In this document: piece by piece, positions 9,570 to 19,319 of the stretch
Numbering within the stretch: the stretch's first letter is position 1
Layout of the letters: each line of letters begins with the position of its first letter
NCBI GenBank assembly: GCA_913043225.1
Contig: CAJWLU010000007.1
Coordinates: 81,193 to 145,192, forward strand
Direction: 5' to 3'
Length of the DNA: 64,000 nt
Source: an uncultured Acidobacteriota bacterium
GTDB lineage: Bacteria > Acidobacteriota > Vicinamibacteria > Vicinamibacterales > UBA8438
Made by a program: the position numbers and the translations under genes
The notes under the pieces: model-generated
The model's input: the letters and a program-made list of their open reading frames with translations, nothing else
Databases searched by the model: none
Told to the model about the DNA's origin: nothing

Positions 9570-11002
9570 CACAGTCCAAGCACCTTCCACCACAGCATGC
9601 CAACCGGCAACCAGATCGCCAGGTTCCCAACCGAGGCATAGAAGCCGACCCGCCACCAGTCGTGCAGTGACACATACCCCTCGACGAAGATGATCGGCGA
9701 CGTGGTGGTGCCGTAGTGTGTGAGACCGGCCATCAGATTGTTGACGAACACCAGACTATAGACCACCACTGGGGCAGGGGCACCCAGCCCCACGAGCATC
9801 GCCAGGAACGGGGGGTACATCGCCAAGGCGTGAACCGTCGTGCTGGCAAAGAAGTAGTGCGTATAGAAGTAGACCACCAGCGTGACCAGAAACACGACAA
9901 CCCAGGACGTTGCGAAAAACCAGCTGCCAAACCAGGTCGCGAAGATGGTCGCCACCCCGGTGTCGTTGAGCACCCCGCCCATGGTCAAGAGCCCGCCGTA
10001 CCAGACGAACACATCCCAGGCCGACCGCTCGTCGAGCGCGCTGCCCCAATCGAGCGCACCGGTGATAAACAACACGGTGAGCCCGACAAACGCCACCAAG
10101 GTCGGCGACAGACCATCCACCCAGGCCGAGATCACCCAGAAAATGATGAGCCCGATGAAGGTGGCGGCCACCACTGCCTCGCGACCGCGGATCGGTCCCA
10201 GCGCCCGGAGCTCCGTGTTAGCAAACGAGGAGGCGGCCGGCGTCCGGGTGAGGGTTGGCGGCAGTGTCCGGTAGACAAGATAGGGCACCACGAGGCTGGA
10301 GACCGCGCCCGGCAGTAACCCAGCGGTGAACCAGCTCGTCCAGGTGATGGTGACGCCGGCGAATTCCGCCGCCATCTCGCCCAACAGCAAGTTCGCGGCG
10401 CTGCTGTAGAAGAACATGGCCGAGGAGATGACGCTGCCCTGGTACATACAGGTCATCAGGAACCCCCCGAGCACGGCCGACGAAGCCCCCGGGTGCGACT
10501 TGTAGAGCCCGCTGATACTGCGCGCGATCGGAAACACGATGCTGGCCGAGCGGGCGGTGATGGACGGAACGCCGGTGGCCAGGGTGAGATCGGTCAGGTG
10601 GAGCGAGTAGCCAAGTCCGAGCGACGTGCCACCAATGGCTCGCACGAACCAGAGCGCCACGCGGCGCGCCAACCCGCAATCACGAAGCGCCCGCGACATC
10701 AGCATCGCCGCGAGCACCATCCAGACCGTCGGCGCGGAATACCCATCGAGCGCCCGGTCGAGCGGCACCCCCCCCACGATAAGCATCGCCGTGAGACCGA
10801 GCAGGACCACCTGCGAGCCGGGCAACGGCTGCAGCATGAGCCCGCCGACCGTGGCGAAGAACACACCGACCTGGCGCCATTGCTCGGCGGTCACGCTGGC
10901 CGGAGAAGGCAGCAAGTGCGCCACAACGACGTAGATGCCGGCCAGCGCCAGCAGGCGCTCCCAGCGAACCGCCGGCCGCGCCGCTGCTCCGTCGGCGCTC
11001 AC
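9566..11002 (-). CDS. DASS family (CitT/TtdT-like) dicarboxylate transporter
   Basis: Polytopic membrane protein with PSITAR, THYFFASTT.H, THYGTT and WW..G motifs. Confidence 0.88.
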   Translation of the reverse strand: MSADGAAARPAVRWERLLALAGIYVVVAHLLPSPASVTAEQWRQVGVFFATVGGLMLQPLPGSQVVLLGLTAMLIVGGVPLDRALDGYSAPTVWMVLAAMLMSRALRDCGLARRVALWFVRAIGGTSLGLGYSLHLTDLTLATGVPSITARSASIVFPIARSISGLYKSHPGASSAVLGGFLMTCMYQGSVISSAMFFYSSAANLLLGEMAAEFAGVTITWTSWFTAGLLPGAVSSLVVPYLVYRTLPPTLTRTPAASSFANTELRALGPIRGREAVVAATFIGLIIFWVISAWVDGLSPTLVAFVGLTVLFITGALDWGSALDERSAWDVFVWYGGLLTMGGVLNDTGVATIFATWFGSWFFATSWVVVFLVTLVVYFYTHYFFASTTVHALAMYPPFLAMLVGLGAPAPVVVYSLVFVNNLMAGLTHYGTTTSPIIFVEGYVSLHDWWRVGFYASVGNLAIWLPVGMLWWKVLGLW

Positions 11003-11095
11003 GCCGCTCGCCCCATGGTCATCCGACGCACCTTACACTTCCCAGACGCATCGAGCCAGACCACCCGGAAGACCGCGGTATAATCCGGCCTCGTC

Positions 11096-12289
11096 ATGCC
11101 CCCCCTCCACGGACTCCGGGTCATCGACATGACGCGGGTGCTGGCCGGCCCGTATTGCGCGATGCTGCTCGGCGACATGGGCGCCGAGGTCATTAAGGTC
11201 GAAGAGCCAACCCACGGCGACGATACGCGCCTCTGGGCCCCATTTGCGGGCGGGAAGGTCAGTACCTTCTTCCTGGGCATGAATCGCAGCAAGAAGAGCG
11301 TGGCCCTCGACCTCAAGAACGCCGACGGGGCGCGCACCCTCAGAGCGCTGATCGAAACAGCCGATGTCCTAATTGAGAACTTCCGGCCTGGCAGCCTGAA
11401 AAAGCTGAGCTTCGACTACGCCTCGGTACGGTCCTGGCATCCGCGTCTCATCTTCTGCTCGATCAGCGGCTACGGGCAGCAGGGGCCGAAACGCGACCTC
11501 CCTGGCTACGACACCGTCATCCAAGGGGAGGCGGGCCTGATGCACGTCACCGGACAGCGCGATGGCCCTCCCACGCGGGTGGGCGTGGCAATCACCGACT
11601 ATCTGGCCGGGCTCTACGCGATGAATGGGATCCTGCTCGCCCTGCGGGATCGAGACGAAACTGGGCTGGGTCAGCACGTCGACATTGCCCTGCTCGACTC
11701 GATGACGAGCGCGATGTCACTGCCCGCCAATGTCCTGTTCGCGACCGGCGAAGAGCTTGGCCGCGAAGGCAACGACCATCACTCGCTCACGCCCTACGAG
11801 ACGATCGAAGCCAGCGATGGGCTCGTCATCGTGGCCGCCGGCAACGAACGACTGTGGCATCAGTTCTGCCTGGCCCTTGAGCTACCCGCGCTCGAAACTG
11901 ACGAGCGTTTCCGGACCAACACCGACCGAATGCGTCACCGGCCCGAGCTGAAGCAGCTGCTCGCCGAGTGTGTGAGCCGATTAAGCCGGAACGAAATCAT
12001 AGGCCGTCTCCGTGCCCACGCCGTGCCATGCGGTGAAGTGCGCTCACTGGCCGAAGCGCTAGCCGACCCTCAACTACAGGCGCGGGAGATGCTGCCCAAG
12101 CTGACACACCCCGAGCTTGGCCCCATCCAGACACTGGGCAACCCAATCAAGCTGTCTCGGACTCCGGCCGTCCTCGATCGTCCACCGCCGGCGCTCGGGG
12201 AACACACCACCGAGATCGAAACTGAGTTAGCTGAACGTACTGGCGTCCGGTCGACCGGCCGGACGCCAGAGAACGGGCAGGAATCGTAG
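11096..12289 (+). CDS. CaiB/BaiF family III CoA-transferase
   Basis: LAGPYCAMLLGDMGAEVIKVE, NRSKKS, ENFRPG and GYD motifs. Confidence 0.92.
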   Translation: MPPLHGLRVIDMTRVLAGPYCAMLLGDMGAEVIKVEEPTHGDDTRLWAPFAGGKVSTFFLGMNRSKKSVALDLKNADGARTLRALIETADVLIENFRPGSLKKLSFDYASVRSWHPRLIFCSISGYGQQGPKRDLPGYDTVIQGEAGLMHVTGQRDGPPTRVGVAITDYLAGLYAMNGILLALRDRDETGLGQHVDIALLDSMTSAMSLPANVLFATGEELGREGNDHHSLTPYETIEASDGLVIVAAGNERLWHQFCLALELPALETDERFRTNTDRMRHRPELKQLLAECVSRLSRNEIIGRLRAHAVPCGEVRSLAEALADPQLQAREMLPKLTHPELGPIQTLGNPIKLSRTPAVLDRPPPALGEHTTEIETELAERTGVRSTGRTPENGQES

Positions 12290-12709
12290 ATGCGAATTGC
12301 TGTCGCTTTCCTCCTGATGGGCCTCGCGGCCACCGCCGCCCAGGACGCCGAGCAGTTCAGCGGCAGGCTGTCGGTGCTGCCCGTCGATTTCTCGACCTAC
12401 CAGAGGCTCTCGGGGTCCGGAGAGGTGCAGGCGGCGCTCAGCGGCCGGCTGCTCGACGTCTCCGGCGGATTTAAAGGCCTAAGTTCATCAGCCACCGCGG
12501 CTCACGTGCATCAGGCCCCCCCTGGTCGGCGTGGCCCGCCGGTGTTTACCATCGAGGTCACCGAAGCCCACGACGGACGCCTGACCGGTCAGGTCGACCT
12601 AAACGGCGAGCAGGTCGAGGCGCTGCGGGCGGGCGAGCTTTACGTGCAGATCCACACCGAGAACAACCCCGAGGGTGAAATTCGCGGGTGGCTCGCGTCG
12701 GTCTGGTAG
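12290..12709 (+). CDS. Secreted CHRD domain protein
   Basis: Signal peptide, TAAHVH and LYVQIHTENNPEGEIRG motifs. Confidence 0.88.
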   Translation: MRIAVAFLLMGLAATAAQDAEQFSGRLSVLPVDFSTYQRLSGSGEVQAALSGRLLDVSGGFKGLSSSATAAHVHQAPPGRRGPPVFTIEVTEAHDGRLTGQVDLNGEQVEALRAGELYVQIHTENNPEGEIRGWLASVW

Positions 12710-12716
12710 ACCCGAG

Positions 12717-13109
12717 ATGCGGCTCCTCCTGCCGATCCTCTGCTCGGTCTTCCTTCTGGGCGGCTGGATGTCGGCTCAATCGGCGCCGGCTCGGTTTACC
12801 GGAAATCAGGCACGTGCCGGACGAACCGCTTACAACGACTCGTGCGCCACCTGCCACACCGCCGCCCTAGTTGGGGGCCTGGATGCCCCCCCGCTCGCCG
12901 GCGCCGACTTCCAGGGATTCTGGGGCGGACGCCCTGCCCGTGAACTGCTCGCTTACGTCAAGGCGGCCATGCCGCCCGCCGGCCGAAAACCGGACGATAC
13001 GAGCCTCGAAAGCATCGTGGCCTACATCCTCGAGCGAAACGGGATGTCGGCGAGCACTGTCCCCTTCGACGACGACGACCAGGGCGTCATCCAGCCCAGC
13101 GGACGCTAG
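12717..13109 (+). CDS. Periplasmic monoheme cytochrome c
   Basis: Signal peptide from ATG 12717, CATCH, APPLAG and distal MPP motifs. Confidence 0.85.
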   Translation: MRLLLPILCSVFLLGGWMSAQSAPARFTGNQARAGRTAYNDSCATCHTAALVGGLDAPPLAGADFQGFWGGRPARELLAYVKAAMPPAGRKPDDTSLESIVAYILERNGMSASTVPFDDDDQGVIQPSGR

Positions 13110-13238
13110 CCGACATCGTCCGGGATTGCGTTCGGCCCCCTGGCCTCGTAATATTTGCTGCGTTTCGTTTGCCGGTGGCTCACACCGGTCATCTCCGGGT
13201 GAGAGACGCCCGCTCGACACGCGACATCTCGACTGTTC

Positions 13239-14336
13239 ATGAGCTTCACACGGCGACTATTCCTGGTGGTTATGTTTGCCGGCCTTGCGGCCGCCTGCTC
13301 GGGCGATTCGAATGCTCCGATGGCCACCCTGGCCGCCCCAACGAGCCCAGGGGCGATTCCGATGAGCTGCCCACCCGCGATGGCGCAGCAGTCCGTCGAT
13401 GCACTTCCGGTCACCATGACCTGGAGTCCGCCGACGCTCGCGGGCGTCACGGTCGACCGTAGCTCGTGCGCCCCCACATCCGGGACGGCGTTCCCGATCG
13501 GCACCTCGACGGTGACCTGCACGTCGGCCGAGCCGACCTACGCGAGCGCGTGCAGCTTCGACATCAACATCACCCCGCCGGACCCGAAACTCCGCTTCAC
13601 GCGGTTCCTTGCCTTTGGCGACAGCATCACCGCGGGTTTCGTCTCGGAAGGCTTCTCGGCGCCAGGCAGCGACCCACTCCAGATCCCGGCCATGCTTCGG
13701 GCGGCGAGCAGTCGCGGCGGCGCGAGCATCTCACGGGCCGTGCAACCTCTCAACGCGTATCCCGCGGTCCTCCAGAACCTGTTGACACCGGCGTACATGA
13801 CACAGCAGTTCACCGTGGCCAACGAGGGTCGCTCGGGTGAGAAGGTGGCCGAAGGCGCCGCCCGACTGAGGTCGACCCTCCTCGCCACCCAACCCGAAGT
13901 CATGATGCTCTTCGAGGGATTCAACGACATCGACCTCGCGCTGTTCGAAGCCGGTCCGAACAACACGTCCGCCATCGACGTCAGATCGATCGCCTCCGAG
14001 CTCCGGTGGATGGTGAACACGGCCGAGGGCCTGGGAGTCGAGGTGCTACTGGCAACCTTGACGCCCACCACTGCACCCCGCGAAGCCTCAGACCCCGGCA
14101 CTCGGGCATCGATCGAAGCGCTCAACGACGAGATCCGCGCGATGGCCCCGACGCTCGGGAGGGGCGGCGTCATCGACCTCTACAGCATGCTCGACGGCGT
14201 TCCGGGCATCATCGGCCCCGACGGATTTCATCCCACCAGTGCGGGATACCGACGGATCGGCGAGATCTTCTTCTCCGAAATCGTCAACCGGCACGACGTA
14301 ACGCCACGGGCGCCCTCGGCGACCCGCGCCCCGTAA
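13239..14336 (+). CDS. SGNH/GDSL hydrolase lipoprotein with HYR-like domain
   Basis: Lipobox LAAAC, SGTAFPIGTSTVTCT (HYR-like), GDSIT, GFND and DGFHP motifs. Confidence 0.82.
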   Translation: MSFTRRLFLVVMFAGLAAACSGDSNAPMATLAAPTSPGAIPMSCPPAMAQQSVDALPVTMTWSPPTLAGVTVDRSSCAPTSGTAFPIGTSTVTCTSAEPTYASACSFDINITPPDPKLRFTRFLAFGDSITAGFVSEGFSAPGSDPLQIPAMLRAASSRGGASISRAVQPLNAYPAVLQNLLTPAYMTQQFTVANEGRSGEKVAEGAARLRSTLLATQPEVMMLFEGFNDIDLALFEAGPNNTSAIDVRSIASELRWMVNTAEGLGVEVLLATLTPTTAPREASDPGTRASIEALNDEIRAMAPTLGRGGVIDLYSMLDGVPGIIGPDGFHPTSAGYRRIGEIFFSEIVNRHDVTPRAPSATRAP

Positions 14337-14453
14337 TCGCCGCCCACTGGTGACCATGGCGCAGGTGGCCTATGATGGGAGAGTCCAACTGTCCGGGGCG
14401 CATCGCGCAGGGCGAGGTTGGCCCAGTGCGAAGCGCGCCGCAGGAATAGCCGC

Positions 14454-15290
14454 GTGACACCAGCTGCCTCGCCATTTCGCCCCGGAGGCCAGTACTTCGG
14501 ACCACTGGTTGCTGTGGTCATCCTGTCCGTCGTCGCCGGCCTGGGCTCGTATTACTTTTTCGGTACGGGCCATCCCGTGGAAGACGAACTGGGCACCGCC
14601 GCGCCGGCTTCGCCGCCACCCGCTCTCGTTAATACCGCCCCTCCGACCGACGCGCCGGTCGAAGAGCTGCTTCTGCCCTCACTCGACGAGAGCGATTCAC
14701 TGGTGCGCGCGCTCGTCGGCGCGCTGACGTCCCACCCGGCGTTCGCTGCCTGGCTCATTCCCGACGACCTACTCCGCACCTTCGTCTTCGTGGTCCAGAA
14801 CATTGCTGAAGGGAACAACCCCACCGAGCGGCTGACGCCGCTGCGCCCGACCCAGCGCTTCACGACGACGGGCGCCGGCACGTCGCTGACGGTAGACCCG
14901 GCCAGCTATGCCCGCTACAACGTGCACGCCGAGGTCGTGGCGTCGATCAACCCAGTTGGCGCGGCCGAGATCTATCGCTCCTTGCGTCCGCTGATCCGCG
15001 ACGCCTACGCCGAGCTCGGTCATCCCGACGGCGGCTTCGACGGCACCCTCGCTCGAGCCATCGCCAATCTCCTCGAGACGCCCGTGCTCGAGCGCGAACT
15101 GCGTCTCGTCGCGCGCGCCGCGTTCCACGAGTTCGAGGACCCCGCGTTCGAGGATCTGCAGCCTGTCCAGAAGCAGCTGATGACCATGGGACCACGGAAT
15201 GTTCGCGCGGTGCAGGCTAGCCTGGTGGATATCGCGCGCGAGCTCGGCATCGACACCAGCCGGCTGCCGACGCCGGAAGTGATCCGCTAG
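14454..15290 (+). CDS. DUF3014-like membrane-anchored protein
   Basis: N-terminal [21 protein letters not shown] and QKQLM.MGP.N motifs. Start uncertain. Confidence 0.75.
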   Translation: MTPAASPFRPGGQYFGPLVAVVILSVVAGLGSYYFFGTGHPVEDELGTAAPASPPPALVNTAPPTDAPVEELLLPSLDESDSLVRALVGALTSHPAFAAWLIPDDLLRTFVFVVQNIAEGNNPTERLTPLRPTQRFTTTGAGTSLTVDPASYARYNVHAEVVASINPVGAAEIYRSLRPLIRDAYAELGHPDGGFDGTLARAIANLLETPVLERELRLVARAAFHEFEDPAFEDLQPVQKQLMTMGPRNVRAVQASLVDIARELGIDTSRLPTPEVIR

Positions 15291-15298
15291 CAAGCCAG

Positions 15299-15727
15299 AT
15301 GCGGCTGAAGGTCAAACGGCTGTCCCCCGCCGCCATTCTCCCCTCTCGTGCTCATCCCGGCGACGCCGGTCTCGATCTCTTCGCCGCCATCGACCTGAAG
15401 ATCCCCCCTGGCGAGACCCGCCTGGTCAAGACCGGGATTGCGGTGGAGCTCCCCGGCGGGACCGAAGCCCAGGTCCGTCCACGCAGCGGCCTGGCGCTAA
15501 AACACTCCGTGACAGTGCTCAACACACCGGGGACGATTGACGAGGGATACCGTGGCGAGGTTGGCGTGATCCTGGTCAACCACGGCAGAGACGCGTTCGC
15601 CGTCCGACAGGGCATGAAGGTGGCCCAACTCGTGGTCCAGCCTACGCTGGCAGTCGACGTCGAGGAAGCCACGCACCTGGACGATACCGAACGGGGCTCC
15701 GGAGGTTTCGGCTCCACCGGTCAGTAG
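15299..15727 (+). CDS. dut: dUTP diphosphatase
   Basis: AGLDL, RPRSGLA, PGTID.GYRGE and RG.GGFGSTG motifs. Confidence 0.97.
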   Translation: MRLKVKRLSPAAILPSRAHPGDAGLDLFAAIDLKIPPGETRLVKTGIAVELPGGTEAQVRPRSGLALKHSVTVLNTPGTIDEGYRGEVGVILVNHGRDAFAVRQGMKVAQLVVQPTLAVDVEEATHLDDTERGSGGFGSTGQ

Positions 15728-15861
15728 CACGGCTCGTCGCTTCCCACCGACATTGCACAGAACGGCACACAACGTCCACCCCCGCCAGGCAACTGTCCCG
15801 TCACGGCGCTGGTTAGCGTCAAGCCGATGGTAAGGTGACAGAGAGGCAGCCGCTAGCCGTC

Positions 15862-17613
15862 ATGACCGCATTAGAACAGCACACCTCCCGGAATCAGCGG
15901 CTCAGGGTCGCGCTCTGCCAGAGCAATCTGGCAGTCGGCGACCTCGAGGGGAATCTCGCGCGGGTCGAGGCCGACATCGCTGCTGCTGCTGCCCAGGGAG
16001 CTAACCTGGCCGTCTTCCCCGAGCTCTCGTTGACGGGCTACCCACCCGAGGATCTGCTGCTGAATCCTCGGCTAGCCGAGACGGCGTCCCAGGGCCTCCG
16101 GGCGTTGGCGGCATCAGTGACCGGCACGGTCGCGGTGGTCGGATTTCCTGCGCTCGACGGCGACCTATTCAATGCCGCCGCGGTGGTGGCAGACGGCGAC
16201 GTCGTCGGGATCTACCGCAAGCACTTCCTCCCGAACTACGGCGTCTTTGACGAACAGCGGTATTTCGCCCGTGGCGAGCGCGCGCTGGTGGTCGAGGTCG
16301 GAGGCGTCCGGGTAGGCATCACGGTCTGTGAAGACCTCTGGTATCCGGGTGGCCCGGGTCAATGGGCCGCCATCGACGGCAACGCCGAGCTCATCGTGAA
16401 TCTCTCAGGTTCACCCTACCATCGCGGCAAGGGAGCTGAACGAGAGCGCATGCTGGCGCAGCGCGCGGGCGACTATGGCTGTTTCGTCGCCTTCTGTAAC
16501 GCCGTGGGCGGCCAGGATGAGCTCGTGTTCGACGGACATAGCCTTGTCCTCGACCCGATGGGTCAGGTTGTAGCTCGTGGTCTCCAATTTGAAGAGGACC
16601 TGGTCCTAGCCGACATCGATGCGGTGAGCGTGGCGCGCCGCCGGCTCCACGATCCCCGGTGGCGCCAGTCTCGACCCGCCGCAGGCGAGCGGGTCCAGAC
16701 CGCAACGGTATCCGGCCGGAACACCACGGCGCGGCCACTCGAGGCAAAACCCACACCGCCCATGCTCGATCCCAACGCGGAGGTCTACCGCGCGCTGACC
16801 CTGGGCACCGCAGACTACTTCCACAAGAATGGCTTCAAACACGCCGTGCTCGGGCTCTCGGGCGGAATCGACTCGGCCCTGGCTCTGACTGTAGCGGCCG
16901 ATGCCCTCGGGGCCAATGCCGTGACCGCGGTCTCGATGCCATCGCGGTTCACGACCGATATGAACCGAAACGACGCCCGCGAGCTCGCCGAGAACCTGGG
17001 CGTCGAACTGATCGAGCTGCCGATTGTTGATCTAATGGGAAGCTACGACACCGCGCTGGCCGGCCCCTTCGCCGACACCGACCAGAATGTGGCCGAAGAG
17101 AACCTGCAGGCACGCATCCGCGGCAACCTACTGATGGCGCTGTCGAACAAATTCGGTTGGCTGGTCCTGACCACCGGGAACAAGAGTGAAATGAGCGTCG
17201 GCTACGCCACGCTCTACGGCGACATGGCCGGCGGATTCGCGGTGCTGAAGGACGTGCTGAAAACCTGGGTCTATCGCCTCTCACGGTGGAGAAACCGAGA
17301 AACCGAGGCAATTCCCATCCGGATCATCGAGAAACCGCCAACCGCCGAGTTGCGAGAGCATCAGCTGGACACCGATAGCCTGCCCCCCTACGACAAGCTG
17401 GACGCGATCCTCGAGGCCTACATCGAAGCGGACCGCAGCCCAGACGAAGTGATTCAGCTCGGCTTCGATGCCGAGCTGGTGCGGCGCATCGTCTCGCTCG
17501 TCGACCGCGCGGAATACAAGCGTCGGCAGGCACCGCCCGGCGTCCGCATATCGGTCCGCGCATTCGGCCGCGACCGGCGGCTGCCGATCACGAACCAGTA
17601 TCGGCCCCGCTAA
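15862..17613 (+). CDS. nadE: Glutamine-dependent NAD+ synthetase
   Basis: Nitrilase domain (FPEL, LPNYGVFDE, CED) plus SGGIDS, ENLQARIRG and TGNKSE. Start 15862 or 15835. Confidence 0.95.
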   Translation: MTALEQHTSRNQRLRVALCQSNLAVGDLEGNLARVEADIAAAAAQGANLAVFPELSLTGYPPEDLLLNPRLAETASQGLRALAASVTGTVAVVGFPALDGDLFNAAAVVADGDVVGIYRKHFLPNYGVFDEQRYFARGERALVVEVGGVRVGITVCEDLWYPGGPGQWAAIDGNAELIVNLSGSPYHRGKGAERERMLAQRAGDYGCFVAFCNAVGGQDELVFDGHSLVLDPMGQVVARGLQFEEDLVLADIDAVSVARRRLHDPRWRQSRPAAGERVQTATVSGRNTTARPLEAKPTPPMLDPNAEVYRALTLGTADYFHKNGFKHAVLGLSGGIDSALALTVAADALGANAVTAVSMPSRFTTDMNRNDARELAENLGVELIELPIVDLMGSYDTALAGPFADTDQNVAEENLQARIRGNLLMALSNKFGWLVLTTGNKSEMSVGYATLYGDMAGGFAVLKDVLKTWVYRLSRWRNRETEAIPIRIIEKPPTAELREHQLDTDSLPPYDKLDAILEAYIEADRSPDEVIQLGFDAELVRRIVSLVDRAEYKRRQAPPGVRISVRAFGRDRRLPITNQYRPR

Positions 17614-17685
17614 CGCTCGCACTTCCCCTGGCGTCCACAGCGGCAGATAATCGGCCCGATTCGTCTTTCATTACCAGGAGCACGC

Positions 17686-18978
17686 ATGAGAGCCTATCGC
17701 TCACTTCGCGTTATCGGCGCGCTGGCTACAGTGGCGGCGCTCGTCGTTCTGTTTCCCGGCTCGCCGCTACGCGGCGCGGTCGAAGACACCCTCCCGATGG
17801 CGGCACCAGAAGAGGTGGGCATGTCCTCGGAACGGCTCCAGCGAGTCAGCGCGCTCATGCAGCGCAACATCGATCAGGACCTGCTGTCTGGCACCGTCAC
17901 TCTGATCGCCAGGCACGGCAAGGTGGTATATCTCAAAGCTCAGGGTTCAAACCACAAGGAAGTCAGCGACACGATGGCGACTGACGACATCTTCGTCATC
18001 ATGTCGATGACAAAGCCGATTGTGTCGACCGCGCTGATGATGCTCTATGAAGAGGGGCACTTCCGGCTCGACGACCCGATCTCGCGGTGGCTGCCAAGCT
18101 ATGCCAGCCAGACCGTGCACCGCACGATCGGCGGCCGCGCCATCAGTGAACCGGCCGCGCGCGCCGTCACCGTGCGACACGTCCTCAGCCATACGTCTGG
18201 ACTGAGCACCCGTCGATTCGGCCAGGGTGCCCGCCCGGCCACTCTGGCCGAATCGATCGACCAGGCCTCCGACATGCCGCTGGCGTTCCACCCCGGCGAT
18301 GAGTGGCAGTACGGCGCGTCGACCGACTTCGTGGCCATTCTCGTCGAGAAGATCTCTGGGCGAAACCTCAGAGACTTTCTCCAAGAACGGATCTTCGAAC
18401 CACTGGGAATGAGCGACACCTACTACAACGTACCCGACGCCAAGGCGGGCCGGATCGCCGCCGTCTATCGGCCCAGCGGACCTGACAACACCATCGAGCT
18501 ATTTCGCGCCCCCGGCCCCGATCAACCCACGCAGTTCTTCGGCGGACAGGCCGGCCTGCACTCGACCGCCGCCGACTACTTCAGATTCCATCAGATGATC
18601 CTGAACGGGGGCGAGCTGGACGGCGTGCGGCTGCTAAGTCCACGCACGGTCAACCTGATGATCAGCAACCACGTCGGCGACAAGCTGGTCTACGTGCGGG
18701 GACCAGGGTACGGCTTCGGACTAGGCTACGGCGTGGTAATGGACCCGGGTCAGGCCACGGACCATCTCTCGCCAGGCAGCTTTCTGTGGGGCGGCGCCTG
18801 GGGCACGGTGGCCTGGGTCGATCCGGTCGAGGACATTCTCGGCATCCTGATGATGCAGATCACGTCCTACCGGCATCTGACGGTACGACAGGACTTCTCG
18901 ACCGTTGCCTCGCAAGCCATTATCGAGACGAACCGACACAATCCGCCGACGGTGCTGGGGTACGAACGTCGCTACTGA
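17686..18978 (+). CDS. Serine hydrolase, beta-lactamase class C-like
   Basis: Signal peptide, SMTK (SxxK), HTSG, WQYG and WGGAWGT motifs. Confidence 0.88.
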   Translation: MRAYRSLRVIGALATVAALVVLFPGSPLRGAVEDTLPMAAPEEVGMSSERLQRVSALMQRNIDQDLLSGTVTLIARHGKVVYLKAQGSNHKEVSDTMATDDIFVIMSMTKPIVSTALMMLYEEGHFRLDDPISRWLPSYASQTVHRTIGGRAISEPAARAVTVRHVLSHTSGLSTRRFGQGARPATLAESIDQASDMPLAFHPGDEWQYGASTDFVAILVEKISGRNLRDFLQERIFEPLGMSDTYYNVPDAKAGRIAAVYRPSGPDNTIELFRAPGPDQPTQFFGGQAGLHSTAADYFRFHQMILNGGELDGVRLLSPRTVNLMISNHVGDKLVYVRGPGYGFGLGYGVVMDPGQATDHLSPGSFLWGGAWGTVAWVDPVEDILGILMMQITSYRHLTVRQDFSTVASQAIIETNRHNPPTVLGYERRY

Positions 18979-19319
18979 GAAGGCGTCGGCCCGACGCTGA
19001 CCATTCGCCCCTTCAAGAGACTACGGACGAACTGGACGAGGCGCTGGTCGACCGGTTCGACCTTATCGCCGAACCGGTCGCGCATCCGGTGGGCGATCTG
19101 GGCGAGCGAGGTTTCGCCGTCACACGCCTGCCAAACGAGCGACCCGACCTCGTCGAGCCGGATGCGGTAGTAGGGATCGCCCCCGAACCGCTTGACCCAG
19201 CGAGCGAGACGGGCAGAGCGAAGACGCGGCCGAAGCAGCACACACCGGTCGTTCTCCTCAGACCACTCGAGCAAACGGCGCGGACGCACCGCGCCGAAAT
19301 CAAGTCCCTGGGTCACCAT
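18972..19319 (-). CDS. Stand-alone PqqD family / RiPP recognition element (RRE) protein
   Basis: IRLDEVGSLVWQACDGETSLAQIA...F...L.QFV..L pattern. Start overlaps the OPT stop (TGATG). Confidence 0.78.
   Translation of the reverse strand: MVTQGLDFGAVRPRRLLEWSEENDRCVLLRPRLRSARLARWVKRFGGDPYYRIRLDEVGSLVWQACDGETSLAQIAHRMRDRFGDKVEPVDQRLVQFVRSLLKGRMVSVGPTPSQ

Noticed and set aside
18972..19319. PQQ or RiPP biosynthetic gene cluster
   Set aside because: No pqqA/B/C/E, maturase or precursor gene is nearby. The only radical SAM gene in the window is lipA.
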